Assembly (NCBI GenBank): GCA_964016885.1
Contig: OZ024740.1
Location: 413,292,001 to 413,356,000 of the forward strand
From: Eledone cirrhosa
Lineage: Eukaryota
DNA length: 64,000 nt
Direction of reading: 5' to 3'
How positions within the stretch are numbered: position 1 is the first letter of the stretch; each line of letters begins with the position of its first letter. Position numbers and translations under genes: made by a program. Below the pieces are notes generated by a model that was not told the origin of the DNA, did no database searches, and saw only the letters and a program-made list of their open reading frames with translations. Below are positions 1-12,977 of this stretch, piece by piece.

Positions 1-189
1 TCAACCATACACAATTAGGTATAAATTTAAAGTTAGAAGAAATGCGAACACTCTTACCATGATTATGTCCCTACCCTGGGGTTTCGTTCGCGTTTTGAGA
101 TATCATATTAAGGATAAAATCTCGAATTTCGAACACATCAGGAGACAAACTCATAGGACAAGTAATTTTCCAAAGCGATCCCCGCCAGA

Positions 190-1058
190 AATAGATTCAA
201 AAATGGCTTAGAATCGTGACGTGGCTGTGGTCAAGTTAGAGAGAATGTGATTAGTTGCTTACAGCGAGTAGGCTGGTTGCTAGAAAGCGCAGCCCAATAT
301 TGCCCAAATTACATCTCAACCTAATGGGAGATTATTAAATATAAAGATTTATATATACAAAGTAAACAAAGTCACAGATATATATGTGGCAACCATTCAC
401 GATGTGGCTCAATGAAGAATTAATAAATTAAATAATAAGAGCAATATATCATAAAATATCTCCATAGAATCATTTGATAAAATATTTACAGCATTTCCTC
501 TCCCAATTAGCATAATTAACCACATAAAATATCAATTAAACCAGGCTATAAGAATAAAGGCTCCTATGAAGAAATATTTGATAAATAAACGACAGCAGCC
601 TTTTTATTGATTTTTTATGTAGTTAATTATGCTAATTGGGAGAGGAAATGGTGTATATATGTTATCAAATGATTCTATGGACATACTTTATGATATATTG
701 CTCTGATTATTTAATTTATTAATTCTTCATTGAGCCACATCGTGAATGGTTGCCACATATATATCTGTGACTTTATATTTATTAATCTTTATATTTAATA
801 ATCTCCCATTAGTTTGAGATGTTATTTGGGCAATATTGGGCTGCGCTTTCTAGCAACCAGCCCACTCGCCGTAGGCAACTAATCACATACTTCCTAACTT
901 GACCACAGCCACGTCACGATTCTTAGCCATTTTTGAATCTATTTCAAATGATTCTATGGACATACTTTATGATATATTGCTCTGATTATGTAATTTAGTA
1001 ATTCTTCATGGAGCCACATATATATCTGTGACTTTGTTTAGTTTGTGTATATGTAAAT

Positions 1059-1062
<4 letters not shown>
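190..1062. mobile_element. Fold-back repeat element (arms ~190-540 / ~600-944 plus a partial third copy), same family as 47325-47850; probable truncated PLE terminal repeat
   Basis: aatagattcaaaaatggcttagaatcgtgacgtggctgtgg at 190 is reverse-complemented at ~900-944; ends in (TA)n; shares catttcctctccca..ggctataagaat..ctatgaagaa with 47368-47450. Confidence 0.6.
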
Positions 1063-1108
<46 letters not shown>

Positions 1109-1167
1109 CTAGGCTCTGATACCATCAACACTATAAACACAGAGCTGGCATATCTAAGAACTGACTA

Positions 1168-1223
1168 ACTGCCTGATGAGGTCATAGCCATTCAATGGCT
1201 ATCATCGAAATATATATAGCAGT
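1168..1223 (+). ncRNA. Type I hammerhead ribozyme motif
   Basis: actgc-CTGATGA-(atagccatt/aatggctat stem II)-GAAA-tatata-TA-gcagt; stem I actgc/gcagt; palindromic stem III. Confidence 0.8.
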
Positions 1224-1614
1224 AAATAAAGGATTATGAGTTCATGCAATTGACTTATGTTTCGTCATTATATATATATATATATATATTGAGTTTGAAA
1301 CTCAAAATAGTTTCTTACAATTAAATAGCTCAAGGGAAAAAACTTTTTCCGGTCCGTGTAATATAATTCATTATAAAAGACAAATAAACACATATGTATA
1401 TAAATATATATTTTAAATCGTGTTCAAATCGTAAGTGACGAGATTGGAAGGGTGAAAAAAAAACTAACCATGAACAATAGGGTTTGAGTCTGGCAAATCC
1501 TATTGTTCATAGTTAGTACTTTTTCACCCTAGCGAATCTGGTCCCTTACTGATTTGAACACTTATATGTATATATCTGCGTTTAACTCACTTTTATATCC
1601 AATTAAATATATAC

Positions 1615-1646
<32 letters not shown>

Positions 1647-1797
1647 GCACACACACACAGACACATATATATATATATATATAATACAAACCACACACAC
1701 ATACACACACATGCATATGGACTTGTTATTTTTATCTAAAGACATTTTTCCAATTCCAACCCGCCCGACCTCTCAATCTATCTTATTTCTAATTCTT

Positions 1798-1838
1798 TCT
1801 TCTGATGAAGGACTAGCGTAGCGTCAGAAACGTTAAGA
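1798..1838 (+). ncRNA. Minimal type I hammerhead motif; family also at 32091-32126(+), 36149-36184(-), 31562-31595(-)
   Basis: tctt-CTGATGA-aggac..gtc-GAAA-cg-TT-aaga; the two minus-strand copies have mutated cores (CTGATTA, CTGGTGA). Confidence 0.7.
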
Positions 1839-1939
1839 CCCTCCTCCTGCTATGTCAAGCGTTAACCTAATATATCCCTTCAATATACTGTACCGATTGT
1901 GTTGTTATTTATCTTTAGCTTTTACATACATATATATAT

Positions 1940-2707
1940 TTATTAAAATAACAGATTAAAGTTTAAGCAAAGAATCGCTGCTTTCACCCTTAACGGGATC
2001 TTATGAAACTACCAAAGTCAATCTGTGAACGCAGAAGTGAATATTTCAAAAAACGTTGCAACCGGAGGAAGACAGGAAGACGATACTTTGGTTCGTGGAA
2101 ACGTTCCCTGGCAAAGAACGGGAAAAAACGAATATAATACCTCATTATTTGCCTTTCATCCTTACGGGGTCGATAAAATAAAGTACCAGTAATGTACTGG
2201 TAAATTGCTGGCCTTGTGCCAAAAGCAGAAACAATTATTTGGAGCGGTGAAAACAATTACACGCAAAGACAAAACCACCTTTATGGTATAAAGGAAGTTG
2301 TAGACTAATATTCTATTAGGTGGTTCATGGAGACATTCTCTGGCAATGAACGGAAAAAACGTAGATAATACGTCATATGTCTTTGCGTGTAATTGTTTTT
2401 CACCGCTCCAAATAATGACGTATTATATTCGTTTTTTCCCGTTCTCTGCCAGCGAACGTTTCCACAAACCAAAGTATCGTCTTCCTGTCTTCCTCCGGTT
2501 GCAACGTTTTTTGAAATATTCACTTCTGCGTTCACAGATTGACTTTGTTAATTTCAGAAAATCCCGTTAAGGGCGAAAGCAGCGATTCTTTGCTTAAACT
2601 TTAATCTGTTATTTTAATAAATATTTGCTCTACGGTTCTTATATATTTGATATATATTTATCCTTATTGAGCCCTCTTTGGATTTTAGTCTTTACATTTA
2701 CTATTAT

Positions 2708-2710
<3 letters not shown>
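1940..2710. mobile_element. Inverted pair of PLE terminal-repeat fragments (family of the PLE at 57.8-59.8 kb) with a truncated SINE inserted at ~2150-2240
   Basis: 1940-2270 is the reverse complement of 2380-2625 and matches 57841-58100; bounded by (TA)n; other copies at 12720-12860, 49715-49920, 55500-55615. Confidence 0.75.
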
Positions 2711-2763
<53 letters not shown>

Positions 2764-3462
2764 TGTGTGTGTGTCTGTGTGTGTGTCTGTGTGTGCGCGC
2801 GTGCGTGTGCGTGTGCGTGTATAATGATTTCTATGTTTTCTTTAAAATATCTATTTTCCACACTTAGATAATATTGTACAGCTTTTATACTACTCAAGTG
2901 CATAAGGTAAATAAGTATTAACATCTCTAGATTACATACCATCCCATAATACCACACAGAAGTTTTCCTTTCGGGCACTTCGAATCGTTCGCTATTTTTG
3001 TTATTTATATATTATATTTTGAATTTGGATCTCTATATATACCAACATGAAATATACATAATGGCTTTGACACCAGTAGGCGAACTCACCAACAACAATA
3101 TAACTAACCTTTTCTGAGATAATTCTCTTTCTGATGAAATGCAGTAGGAGACACGTAGTGCGTGCGAATGAAGATTATGAAATGTAGTCAGCGCATGTAG
3201 ATTGTTACTAATTGTGTAGAAACATATGTTTATGATAGATTACACAATACATTTTTCTTCTGAATACCTATTCCTGACTAGTGTTTCCTAAATGTTTCCT
3301 GCTATCATATATATAAATATATATCTTGAAAATTTGGACGTGAACGACAATTATAATTGAGTGGCTGCTATTTGCAGTATAGCAATATACGGTTTCACTT
3401 ACCAATGAAACGGTCGTAAATACCTGGATAAAAATCCTTCTCTTGATGCTTACTGTGTTTTC

Positions 3463-3502
<40 letters not shown>

Positions 3503-3784
3503 ATATATATATATATGTATGTATGTATGTATATATATAACCTTTCCCCCCCCCCCCACTCTTCACGCTATCTCTCTCGCTCCTGTCTTCTGTCTCTCTC
3601 CCCTTTCTTTTCTTCTGTTTCTTTTTTCTTTTTCTCTCACTCTAGATCGCACAAATCCTCTCTCTTTTCCTTTAAATCGCTCCTTAAATTTCCCACTGGA
3701 CTTATATCTCCCTCCCTCCGCCTGTCCCTATCTAACCTCTACCCTACTATTTGCACTATCTCTCTTGCTCCCCTACACAGCGAA

Positions 3785-4450
3785 ATGGACTGCATACAGG
3801 AAAAAGGTGAAATTAGGAGTCAGCGAAACTGGTCAAAGATGGAACTAGCGGTTTTGATCAAGGGGTGGACCATGGGTGATGGGTCTCCACCAAGCAAAAA
3901 TATGGCGGAGAACCTGAAAAGCCATGGGTTTCTAAGGACTCTTGCACAGATAGAGAGAAAGAGAAAAGAAATTGAGAAGGCTTATGTCCTCATAGCGCCA
4001 CATATGGCGATGCTAAGCCGTGTTCTCAGGAAGGAGAAAACCGAAGAGAGGAGAGAGAGAAGGAGAGAGAGAAAGAAAGGGAGGAGAGCACAAGCACGGA
4101 CCTGAAAAAAAATGGGATACCCTCCGCCACTGTCATGGAGGGCAGGCCGGGCAACCAACAAGCAAAAGGTAAAGGTGAAAAGCGAAATCACCTTCCAAAG
4201 GAGAACCAAACGCAGAGGGGCCAGTGGACAACTATTCAAAGGAAGAACAGAAAGCACCGAGACACTGGGAGCAAAAAAACCCAAGTAATGTGCAACTTTT
4301 TCAAGAACGGGACCTGCTGGCATAGAGAGACAGGGATGTGATGCAGATTCGCCCACCCCAGGACTCAAACGAACTATGCCCATCCTACTCGCGCAACATG
4401 CCCCAGCCAAAGCCGAAATAAGCCGCTCCAGAAGTATGCTGATGTCGCGC
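3785..4450 (+). pseudogene. LINE ORF1 remnant: Myb/SANT-like (trihelix-type) domain, charged coil and CCCH zinc finger, broken by frameshift/stops
   Basis: RNWSKMELAVLIKGW...MAENLKSHGFLRTLAQIERKRKEIEKAY, then CNFFKNGTCWH..*CRFAHP. Confidence 0.6.
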
Positions 4451-4631
4451 GTGCCGCACCAACAAGGAGAAGGCACGCACATGCCGACGAGATACAGATG
4501 GCAGCAGCAGAGCAGAAACATGTTTTAGTGATGGCAGAGAATATTGTGGGACAGCTGACCTGGCTGCATCGTTTCCAGAGCCAAGGTCACCCACACCAGC
4601 ACTCGAGACCTCCACAGCTAAGTGACCCAGA

Positions 4632-7341
4632 GTGGCCGCCACTGACACCAGACCAGGTGTCATACCGACAGCCATTACTGGCAACCCAAAGGTCACACCA
4701 GTGCTGCTGGTGAATGTCAGAGGCCTGGTGAAATTCAGTAACATGAGTAAAATTTCCTACCTAGGAGACTTAGCCATAAGCAATCAAGCATTATGCATGG
4801 CACTAACCGAAACGCACCTGACAAGCAGTATAGCAGATGCAGAAATACATATACCGAAATATACTGTATTTCGTTCGGACAGGAAGGAGAGAACTCATAG
4901 TGGGGTTCCTCTGTATATCCGTGAAGATGTCACACCAATTGTACTGTTGACACATTCAAACTCAGTCTGTGACACACTGATAGTACATATGAAGCAAATA
5001 CAGACAGTAATATGTGTCACATATCGGCCGCCCGATGCCCCCAGTCATGAGGGTAAATTTGAGGATAGCCTAAGTAGGATAGATGAGGTCCTTGACAAAC
5101 TGGACCAGGGTCTCAACATTCTACTGCTGGGAGACTTCAACCTACCAAAGGTCAAATGGCCTGAGGGCCACCTCCTCTCTGGAATGACGTCAATAGAACA
5201 GAGACAGACGGAATCCCTGCTGGCCCTCACACACAGGCTGTTCATGGAGCAAGCAATAATCCTCCCAACAAGAGGCGAAAATGTCCTGGAACTCTGTTTT
5301 ACAAACAACGAAGTGCTCATCCACAATGTAAAGGTGACACCAACAATTCTCTCGGATCATAACTTAGTAGAGCTAATGATATGTGATCCAAGAGAACCAA
5401 CGGAGACAAAACCACCAAGAAGCTCCGGGACGTTATCCAGCCTTAACTTCTACAAGGCTAACTGGAAATAGATTAAGAGAGAAATCCGGAAGCAAACATG
5501 GAGTGAAAACACCACCACACAAGACACTAACACACAATTTCAACACTTCATGACAACGATACACACTATATGCAAAATGTTTGTCCCGGAGAAAGAGGCA
5601 AACAGACACAAATAATCTTATTCCCAGAGATAGGAAAATCCTTATGAGACGTAGAAGCAAACTCTCAATCAAGTTGAATAGTCAACAAAACAAAAGCAAG
5701 AAGGAATCCTATTTGAAATGTGCATTACTTGGCACCGAGATTGCACTCAAGCTTTCCCATGAGAATAAGAGAGCAAAGAAAGAGAACAGGGCCATAGAAA
5801 ACATTAAAACAAACCCTAAGGCCTTCTTTAAATTTGCAAAAGAAACTGCCTCAGTACACTGCAAGATTGGGCCACTCTTCCATACAGACGGTTCATTAAC
5901 CGAAAACCCCCAAATATATGTGAAATACTGAACGAAAACTACAAAAGTGTGTTCACATGTCCACTGAGGCACATGCAAATACCGAAGCCAGAGGAGTTAT
6001 TTGATGCCACAACACTACATGAAGAAATGGCAACCATCAACACATAGACATAACGGAGGAGGATGTGGTGTACGCCATTGATGAAATTAAAACAGACTCG
6101 GCTGCTGGACCTGATGGATTCCCAGCAGTTCTCTTAAAAATATGTAAGCGGGCCTTAGCAACTCCACTGAAGATGCTCTTCAGAAGCTCCTTGGCTAGCG
6201 GTGTACTACCCAGGGAGCTGAAAGAAGGCACAATATGCCCTATCCATAAAGGAGGTAGCAGAGCGGAGGCCAAAAGCTATAGGCCAGTCTCCCTGACGTC
6301 GCATATCAGTAAGGTCATGGAGCGAGTCGTCAGAAAGAAACTGATCACTTTCCTCGATGAAAATGACCGCCTGACTAGCACGCAACATGGATTCTGCCCA
6401 AGAAGAAGCTGCCTTACACAGCTGCTACATCACTACGACTGGGTACTGAAACAACTACTAGACAGCTAAAATGTAGACGTGATATATCTTGACTTTGCGA
6501 AGGCCTTTAACAAGGTCGACCACGGAATGATATGTCACAAACTACACGGACTCGGCATAACTGGAAAAGTAGGTGAGTGGCTGCATGACTTCCTAAAGGA
6601 CAGAAGCCAGGCAGTCGCAGCAAATGGGGCCCTCTCAAAGGAAACACCAATAACAAGTGGGGTGCCCAAGGGGACAGTCCTGGGACAACTACTGTGTTTG
6701 GTGGCTCTCTCAGACATGCCCTCTGTAGTACATACAACAACATCCCTCACTAGCTCTGCTGATGACACTAAGGTAGCACAGGCAATCAAAAACCCGGCTG
6801 ACGCTGCCCTTTTACAGCAGGATCTGGATGCCATATACAAATGGGCGGAAGAAAACAACATGCAGTTTAATGCTGGCAAATTCCAAGCCCTACAATACAA
6901 ACCTCCAAACAAACCTGCAAACACAAATATAGTACAACACAACTACACAGGACCAGGAGGGACAGATATCCCCGTGTCAAAATCGATACGAGACCTGGGC
7001 ATAGACATGAGTGATGATGCAACTTTTTCTTCACACATCATGAAAGTGGCGACAATGTGCAGACGACTCGCTGGCTGGATCTTTAGGACTTTCCGGACAA
7101 GAGATCGAGACACCATGTTGACACTATGGAGGACATTTGTCCTAAGCCACAACTCTTCAACAAGCTGCCGAGGGATCTGAGAGATTTGCATGACGTGGAG
7201 GTGGATGTCTTCAAGAAACATCTCGACATCTTGTTATCCAGGATCCCGGATGAGCCCACAGCAAGACACGAGGGAAACCTAAGAGCAGCAGCAACAAACT
7301 CCCTCTTACACCAGTGGCCAACCTATACAGGCTGGAGATAA
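4632..7341 (+). pseudogene. LINE ORF2 (APE endonuclease + reverse transcriptase), fragmented by stops and frameshifts, with an internal deletion near 7150
   Basis: ORF pieces 4632-5471, 5581-5931, 6065-6469, 6479-7180, 7126-7341 are colinear with CR1-type ORF2; jump from LWRTFVLS directly to PQLFNKLP. Confidence 0.9.
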
Positions 7342-7414
7342 AATGTGTAGCAACAAGGGCGGTGCCCCAGCATGGCCTCAGCCGGATGGCTGAAACAGGT
7401 AAAAGAGTAAAAGA

Positions 7415-7493
<79 letters not shown>

Positions 7494-7516
7494 AAATATA
7501 TATATATATATATATA

Positions 7517-7925
7517 CTGTATGGGTCTGAGACTTCGACACTGACCAAGAAACTCACTCAGATGGTGATGGGTGCTACACGAGAATGCTGACGATGCTTC
7601 TGAACATTAATCAGTATACACTGAGGATGAAAGACTCAGAGCTGTATGGGAGCATCCCAAAAGTCAGCTCAAAAGTGACACAGAGGAGACTGAGGTTAGC
7701 TGGACATGCTCACCGACATCCAGAGTTGACATTGCACTCAGTGCACCTTTGGGAGCCCCTACATGGACACACTAGAAGAGGAAGACCAAGGTTAACGTAT
7801 GTTGATGCCCTAAGGACAGACACTGGTCTATTGGAGACGCAGGACATGGAAGCGATAATGAGGGACAGGGACCGCTGGAGAGAACTCGTCCATGGATCTC
7901 GGGAATTTTACCCGCCTTAGAATAG
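7517..7925 (+). mobile_element. 5'-truncated RTE-group LINE fragment (post-RT C-terminus) between (TA)n tracts
   Basis: LYGSET..CYTRML..RRLRLAGH..LWEP..RRGRPRLTYVD..DRDRWR. Confidence 0.85.
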
Positions 7926-7955
7926 AAATATATATATATATATATATAATATAAT

Positions 7956-7987
<32 letters not shown>

Positions 7988-8114
7988 ATTATATATACAT
8001 ATATATATATGTATATATATATATTTATATATATACATATATATATATATATTTATATATATATATATATATAGTTTTGCGAGGTTTTTTATATGAAATC
8101 GTGTGTCGAAACAG

Positions 8115-8425
8115 ATATTGTTATATTTGGGGAGGGTCATATTTGCGTAATATTGCCAGAATTAATAACAGAACACACTCACTGTTTGGTTGGTTTTCGC
8201 TTCTCGCTGTCTTTTATATATATATATCTGCGATCTAACTTACTCGGTCCTCAATGTTGCCATTGACTGACCGGCGGTCAGTCAATGGCAACATTGAGGA
8301 CCGAGTAAGTTAGATCGCAGATATATATATATAAAAGACAGCGAGAAGCGAAAACCAACCAAACAGTGAGTGTGTTCTGTTATTAATTCTGGCAATATTA
8401 CGCAAATATGACCCTCCCCAAATAT

Positions 8426-8433
<8 letters not shown>
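8115..8433. repeat. Near-perfect 319-bp palindrome centred on 8274, flanked by (TA)n
   Basis: ..gccattgactgaccg-g-cggtcagtcaatggc..; arms of 159 bp. Confidence 0.95.
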
Positions 8434-8471
<38 letters not shown>

Positions 8472-9335
8472 CCATATATATATATATATATATATATACA
8501 AATATATATATATATGTCTGTGTGTGTGTGTGTGTGTGATAACAATAGTAATATTACAAATAATAATAGTATGTATAAATTGAAGTTGTAACCGTAGTAT
8601 AGCATATAAAAATCGTATTGTTATTTATAGTGACTATGTGATAATACTTGCTGTACCTATGTGATCAGGCTTAAGATAAAATACTTTAAACATTTAGAAT
8701 TAAAATTCCAATCGAATTTCATAAGATAATTAGCATTCGTCGATATCGTGGTGCCATAATCTTATAAAAGTCTGGAGCTAAATAGATTATATCATTTCAT
8801 TTTGTATAATTATAATCGAAAATTAATTTTTTCAATATTTTTAAGATAACGGCACCAAATGCTTAAAAAGTGCAACAGCAGAATAATATATTCTAATAGT
8901 TTTAAAATCATTTCTTTTTTCCAAGGAATACGTTATGATATTATATCAATATCTTGATTACATCATATAACAAATATATAATACGTGCATGCTTACTTCA
9001 ATATACTCATACATACGCATTTTATATTTTATTATAGATCACATTAAGTAGCAGGAGGAAGTTATATCAATAATATAATATTCTTTACGTTTGTGTTAAG
9101 TACGTACGAGAGTTGGTTGACAAGTCCATAGGCTTACTTTGAAGGAGTGATGCAAGGGTTGTGGTATCTTACATGCATCAATTTTAACTCTTCGTATTAA
9201 TGATTGCATCGTTTCTTTCCAGGGATTGTGTTGGAAAATAAACCTCATTTTAATATTTGACGAGAATATATTTATCAGCACATGTACCTTTCATTCGACC
9301 CTTGTCTTTGGAAATGCAAACGCACGGATATATAA

Positions 9336-9409
<74 letters not shown>

Positions 9410-9411
<2 letters not shown>

Positions 9412-10105
9412 ATGTATATATAATGTATTTTGCAATATACTTTATGCTTAATTAAAAGCATTTTGAAGACCGTAAGCTATTGTTTTTTAGAGTAGTGACA
9501 AATTCACTTACTTTGATCTCAGCAAACAGGAGAGATAAGCCGACAAGGCCTTGTTTCGCTTTTGTTGAAGCTTATCAAGGCTAACTACTCCCACCTGTCT
9601 ACCGAGATCACTGATGTTATATTCTTATATAATTCTAGAAAATAATCAGGAGCTGATTATGCAGAGCGGTTGTTGGTCAGGCAGAAATTAAAAATTAGAA
9701 TTGGAGCTCTGAAATAGCAATATATATATGGATGTATATATAATGTATTTTGCAATACACTTTATGCTTAATTAAAAGCATTTTGAAGACCGTAAGCTAT
9801 TGTTTTTTAGAGTAGAGACAAATTCACTTACTTTGATCTCAGCAAACAGGGGAGATAAGCCGACAAGGCCTTGTTTCGCTTTTGTTGAAGCTTATCAAGG
9901 CTAACTACTCCCACCTGTCTACCGAGATCACTGATGTTATATTCTTATAGAATTCTAGTAAATAATCAGGAGCTGATTATGCAGAGCGGTTGTTGGTCAG
10001 GCAGAAATTAAAAATTAGAATTGGAGCTCTGAAATAACAATATATATATGGATGTATATATAATGTATTTTGCAATACATTCAGAGCTCCAATTCTAATT
10101 TTTAA
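9410..10105 (-). mobile_element. Tandem 320-bp units each carrying one hammerhead (retrozyme-like / PLE pLTR tandem), followed by a short inverted tail
   Basis: ggatgtatatataatgtattttgc recurs at ~9410, 9730, 10050; 10080-10105 is the reverse complement of the unit end. Confidence 0.8.
9529..9591 (-). ncRNA. Type I hammerhead with compensatory U3-A8 core (second copy 9849-9911)
   Basis: Reverse complement: agcc-TTGATAA-gctt caacaa aagc-GAAA-caaggccttg-TC-ggct, with outer helices acagg/cctgt and gatctc/gagatc. Confidence 0.8.
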
Positions 10106-10514
10106 TAAAGAAAGAAGTAAATAAATAAAAAAATAATTTATTTTATTTATTTACTTCTTTCTTTCTTTATTTTATTCTCGCCTAACAATAGCCTGACACC
10201 TAGGTCGTAGAATTTAATTTACTTTACTTTTTTCTTTACACTTATTTGCTTTTCTTCACTCTCAGTATTTTTTCTTTCCTATTTCTACCCCCCATTGTTC
10301 TACCTACCGTTCCGACTTCCTCCCCCTCCCCCTCCCCTGTATCTTCTTTGACCTCATGCCCAGCTGTAGCTGGCACTACCAACGCTTGATTGGGTCTACT
10401 CCACCCCCTCCCCTCTTTCTCCTACTGGCAGGTTTAGCCACCATCTCCCCTACTAATTTGCAACCACAGAATTACTACTGATTTTTGACAATCACTTTGA
10501 CCATATATGGAATT

Positions 10515-10608
10515 ACCCCTTGAGAAGATCGGCTATTTAAATACCAGGATAAATTTTCATTTAGTCCAGAATTAGCCGTCGAAACGGCTTGAGCTCAGCT
10601 GTCGGGGT
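10515..10608 (+). ncRNA. Type I hammerhead with U3-A8 core (independent family; related fragment at 21870-21985 on the minus strand)
   Basis: acccc-TTGAGAA-gatcggcta..tagccgtc-GAAA-cggc ttgagctca gctg-TC-ggggt. Confidence 0.75.
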
Positions 10609-10699
10609 CTTACTGGTTCCTATTACCCACTCTACTACCTCAAGTATTGAGTACTTTGGTGCGTTATGGTCCACCTGGTTCCTTACCACATTTCCTTCG

Positions 10700-10737
<38 letters not shown>

Positions 10738-10741
<4 letters not shown>

Positions 10742-10854
10742 GAATAACGAAACGAAATTAAATTTCGTTTCGCTTCTAACTCACTTTTGTATGACTGACG
10801 CTTAAACAATTAAGTTAAAGTGTACATCTATATATGTATACGGAAGTATTAGTA

Positions 10855-10934
<80 letters not shown>

Positions 10935-11465
10935 AATACACATATGTATACATATGTACATGTACCGAGCTTTTCACTAGACACTTTACAGTGAGTGTCC
11001 AGCTAGTCTGTATGTAAACAGACGAACCGGGTTTTAGAGTCATACGAGTTTTCAAGGAAAGACATTTCCTCTATTCTCCAGAGAGCCAGACAGGAATATT
11101 GGACTAGTTTCGATGTTATTACATCTCATCAGCAATATATACCTATCTTTCCGGCTTCTCTGGAGAATTGTAAAAGCACATATCGTTATATGCTTTTTCT
11201 ATGAAAATCAGTAGTGGGCAGACTAATTTGCATAGAACGTGAGTCATTGTACGCACCAGTTCAGCGGAAACGATAAAAACGAATAACGAAACGAAATTAA
11301 ATTTCGTTTCGCTTCTAACTCACTTTTGTATGACTGACGCTTAAACAATTAAGTTAAAGTGTACATCTATATATGTATACGGAAGTATTAGTTTGCATAT
11401 ATATATATATATATATATAAATACACATATGTATACATATGTACATGTACCGAGCTTTTCACTAG
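10738..11465 (-). mobile_element. Direct-repeat unit (period ~540 bp) bracketing a hammerhead; pLTR/retrozyme-like
   Basis: aaacgaataacgaaacgaaattaaatttcg..gagcttttcactaga at 10738-10981 and 11277-11466. Confidence 0.7.
11096..11138 (-). ncRNA. Canonical type I hammerhead motif
   Basis: Reverse complement: atattg-CTGATGA-gatgt aata acatc-GAAA-ctag-TC-caatat; outer helix ttctccagaga/tctctggagaa. Confidence 0.88.
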
Positions 11466-11664
11466 AAAAATTATTTTTGAAAAGCATTACAAATGCGCAA
11501 CCGGTAAAAACTTAAAACCAAAACTTAATACTAACCAATACGTATTACTAATTTTTACTTATTCCTAATTAAACTATTTTTCACTGGGATCAATTTGTCA
11601 GCATTTTATTTTCCTTTTACCAATATTTCACAACTCATGTGTTACACCTCTATTCTTTGAAATA

Positions 11665-11700
<36 letters not shown>

Positions 11701-11981
11701 TGTATGTATGTGAGTGTGTGTATGCATGTATGTATGTATGTATGTATGTATGTATGCATATATGTCTGTGTGTATATGTGTATTTATGTGTGTATGAATG
11801 TATGTATGTATCTATGTATGTATCTATATATGTAGGTATTTATGTATGCATGCATGCATATATGCAATACGTAAGCAAAATACCAAAGCAAACAACACAG
11901 TAAATGTCGAGTGCTTCGAAACAGTTATAAATATAAATATTTTTGTTGAATAACCAACAAATTAAACATCTCTTTGCTTAT

Positions 11982-12018
<37 letters not shown>

Positions 12019-12606
12019 CAAAAGAAATACACACATAAGAACACACATACACACACAGAGACACGTATAATATAATAAATACACGTATATGTGTATGTAC
12101 ACATAAGCCTGTCTACATATGCGCCTACATACAACCTTATGTGAGTACACTTAAAAAAATTAGTGGGTAAGTAAGGACAAGGGCGAGTATAACTGAAATC
12201 AAATAATATAAACATATTTCATGAACAGGGAAGGGAGAAAATGGGTGTAAAATTTGTGGTATGGAGTGCGTGTGTGTGATGAGATCTGTTTTTGTGTTTG
12301 CATGTATGTATATGTCTGTGTATACCCTCCTTTTTATATGTGTGTGTGTTTTTGTGTATATGTATGTGTATGTATGTATATGCCTGTTCGTATTTCCATA
12401 TAGACGCAAATACGCTTATGTGAGAAAGTATACGTCTACGTACTATTACGTATATGTGCGTGGTTGAATGTGTATATGTTTATGTTCTGGATATTTATTT
12501 ATATATTTTTCCCCTAATGCCTTTTTGCCCGTTTTTTCAGCCTCACTTTCATATTTCCTAAAGTTTGTTTTCAAATACATATTTAATAAAAACAGCATGT
12601 TATTTA

Positions 12607-12667
12607 TTCATTCTGACGACTGAAGACAGACATAACGTCTGCCTTCAAGAAACCACTGGTAAATGAA
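12607..12667 (+). ncRNA. Canonical type I hammerhead motif
   Basis: ttcatt-CTGACGA-ctgaagacagac ataac gtctgccttcaa-GAAA-ccactgg-TA-aatgaa. Confidence 0.85.
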
Positions 12668-12858
12668 ACAATTATCTTATGTTGTTTATTACATAACTAT
12701 ATATATATAATATATATATATCAAAATAACAGATTAAAGCCCAAGCAAAAAATCCCTGCTTTCACCCTTAACAGGATCTTATGAAGCTATATATATATAT
12801 ATATATTATCCTTAACGAGCCCTCTTCGGATTTCAGTCTTCACATTTATCATTATTAC

Positions 12859-12977
<119 letters not shown>

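Larger units (their letters stand above)
3539..7417 (+). mobile_element. Near full-length, inactivated CR1-group LINE inserted in (TA)n
   Basis: Pyrimidine-rich 5' UTR; ORF1 remnants; APE endonuclease (NVRGL, LTETHL, GDFN, SDHN); RT (YRPVSLTS, QHGF, YLDFAKAF, GVPKGTVLG, ADDT); 3' tail ggtgccccagcatggcc..tgaaacagg-taaaagagtaaaagagta. Confidence 0.92.

Noticed and set aside
556-603. ATGAAGA-core hammerhead-like motifs (also ~47442, 27191, 54571)
   Set aside because: A3 would break the 3-8 pair, and the GAAA/UH halves are inconsistent between copies; needs family consensus.
3131-3235. CTGATGA..GAAA-catatg-TT hammerhead candidate (similar weak cases at 56955-57000 minus, 14037, 37498-37565)
   Set aside because: Core and stem III are present but stem I or II cannot be paired convincingly; probably decayed copies, so not listed as features.
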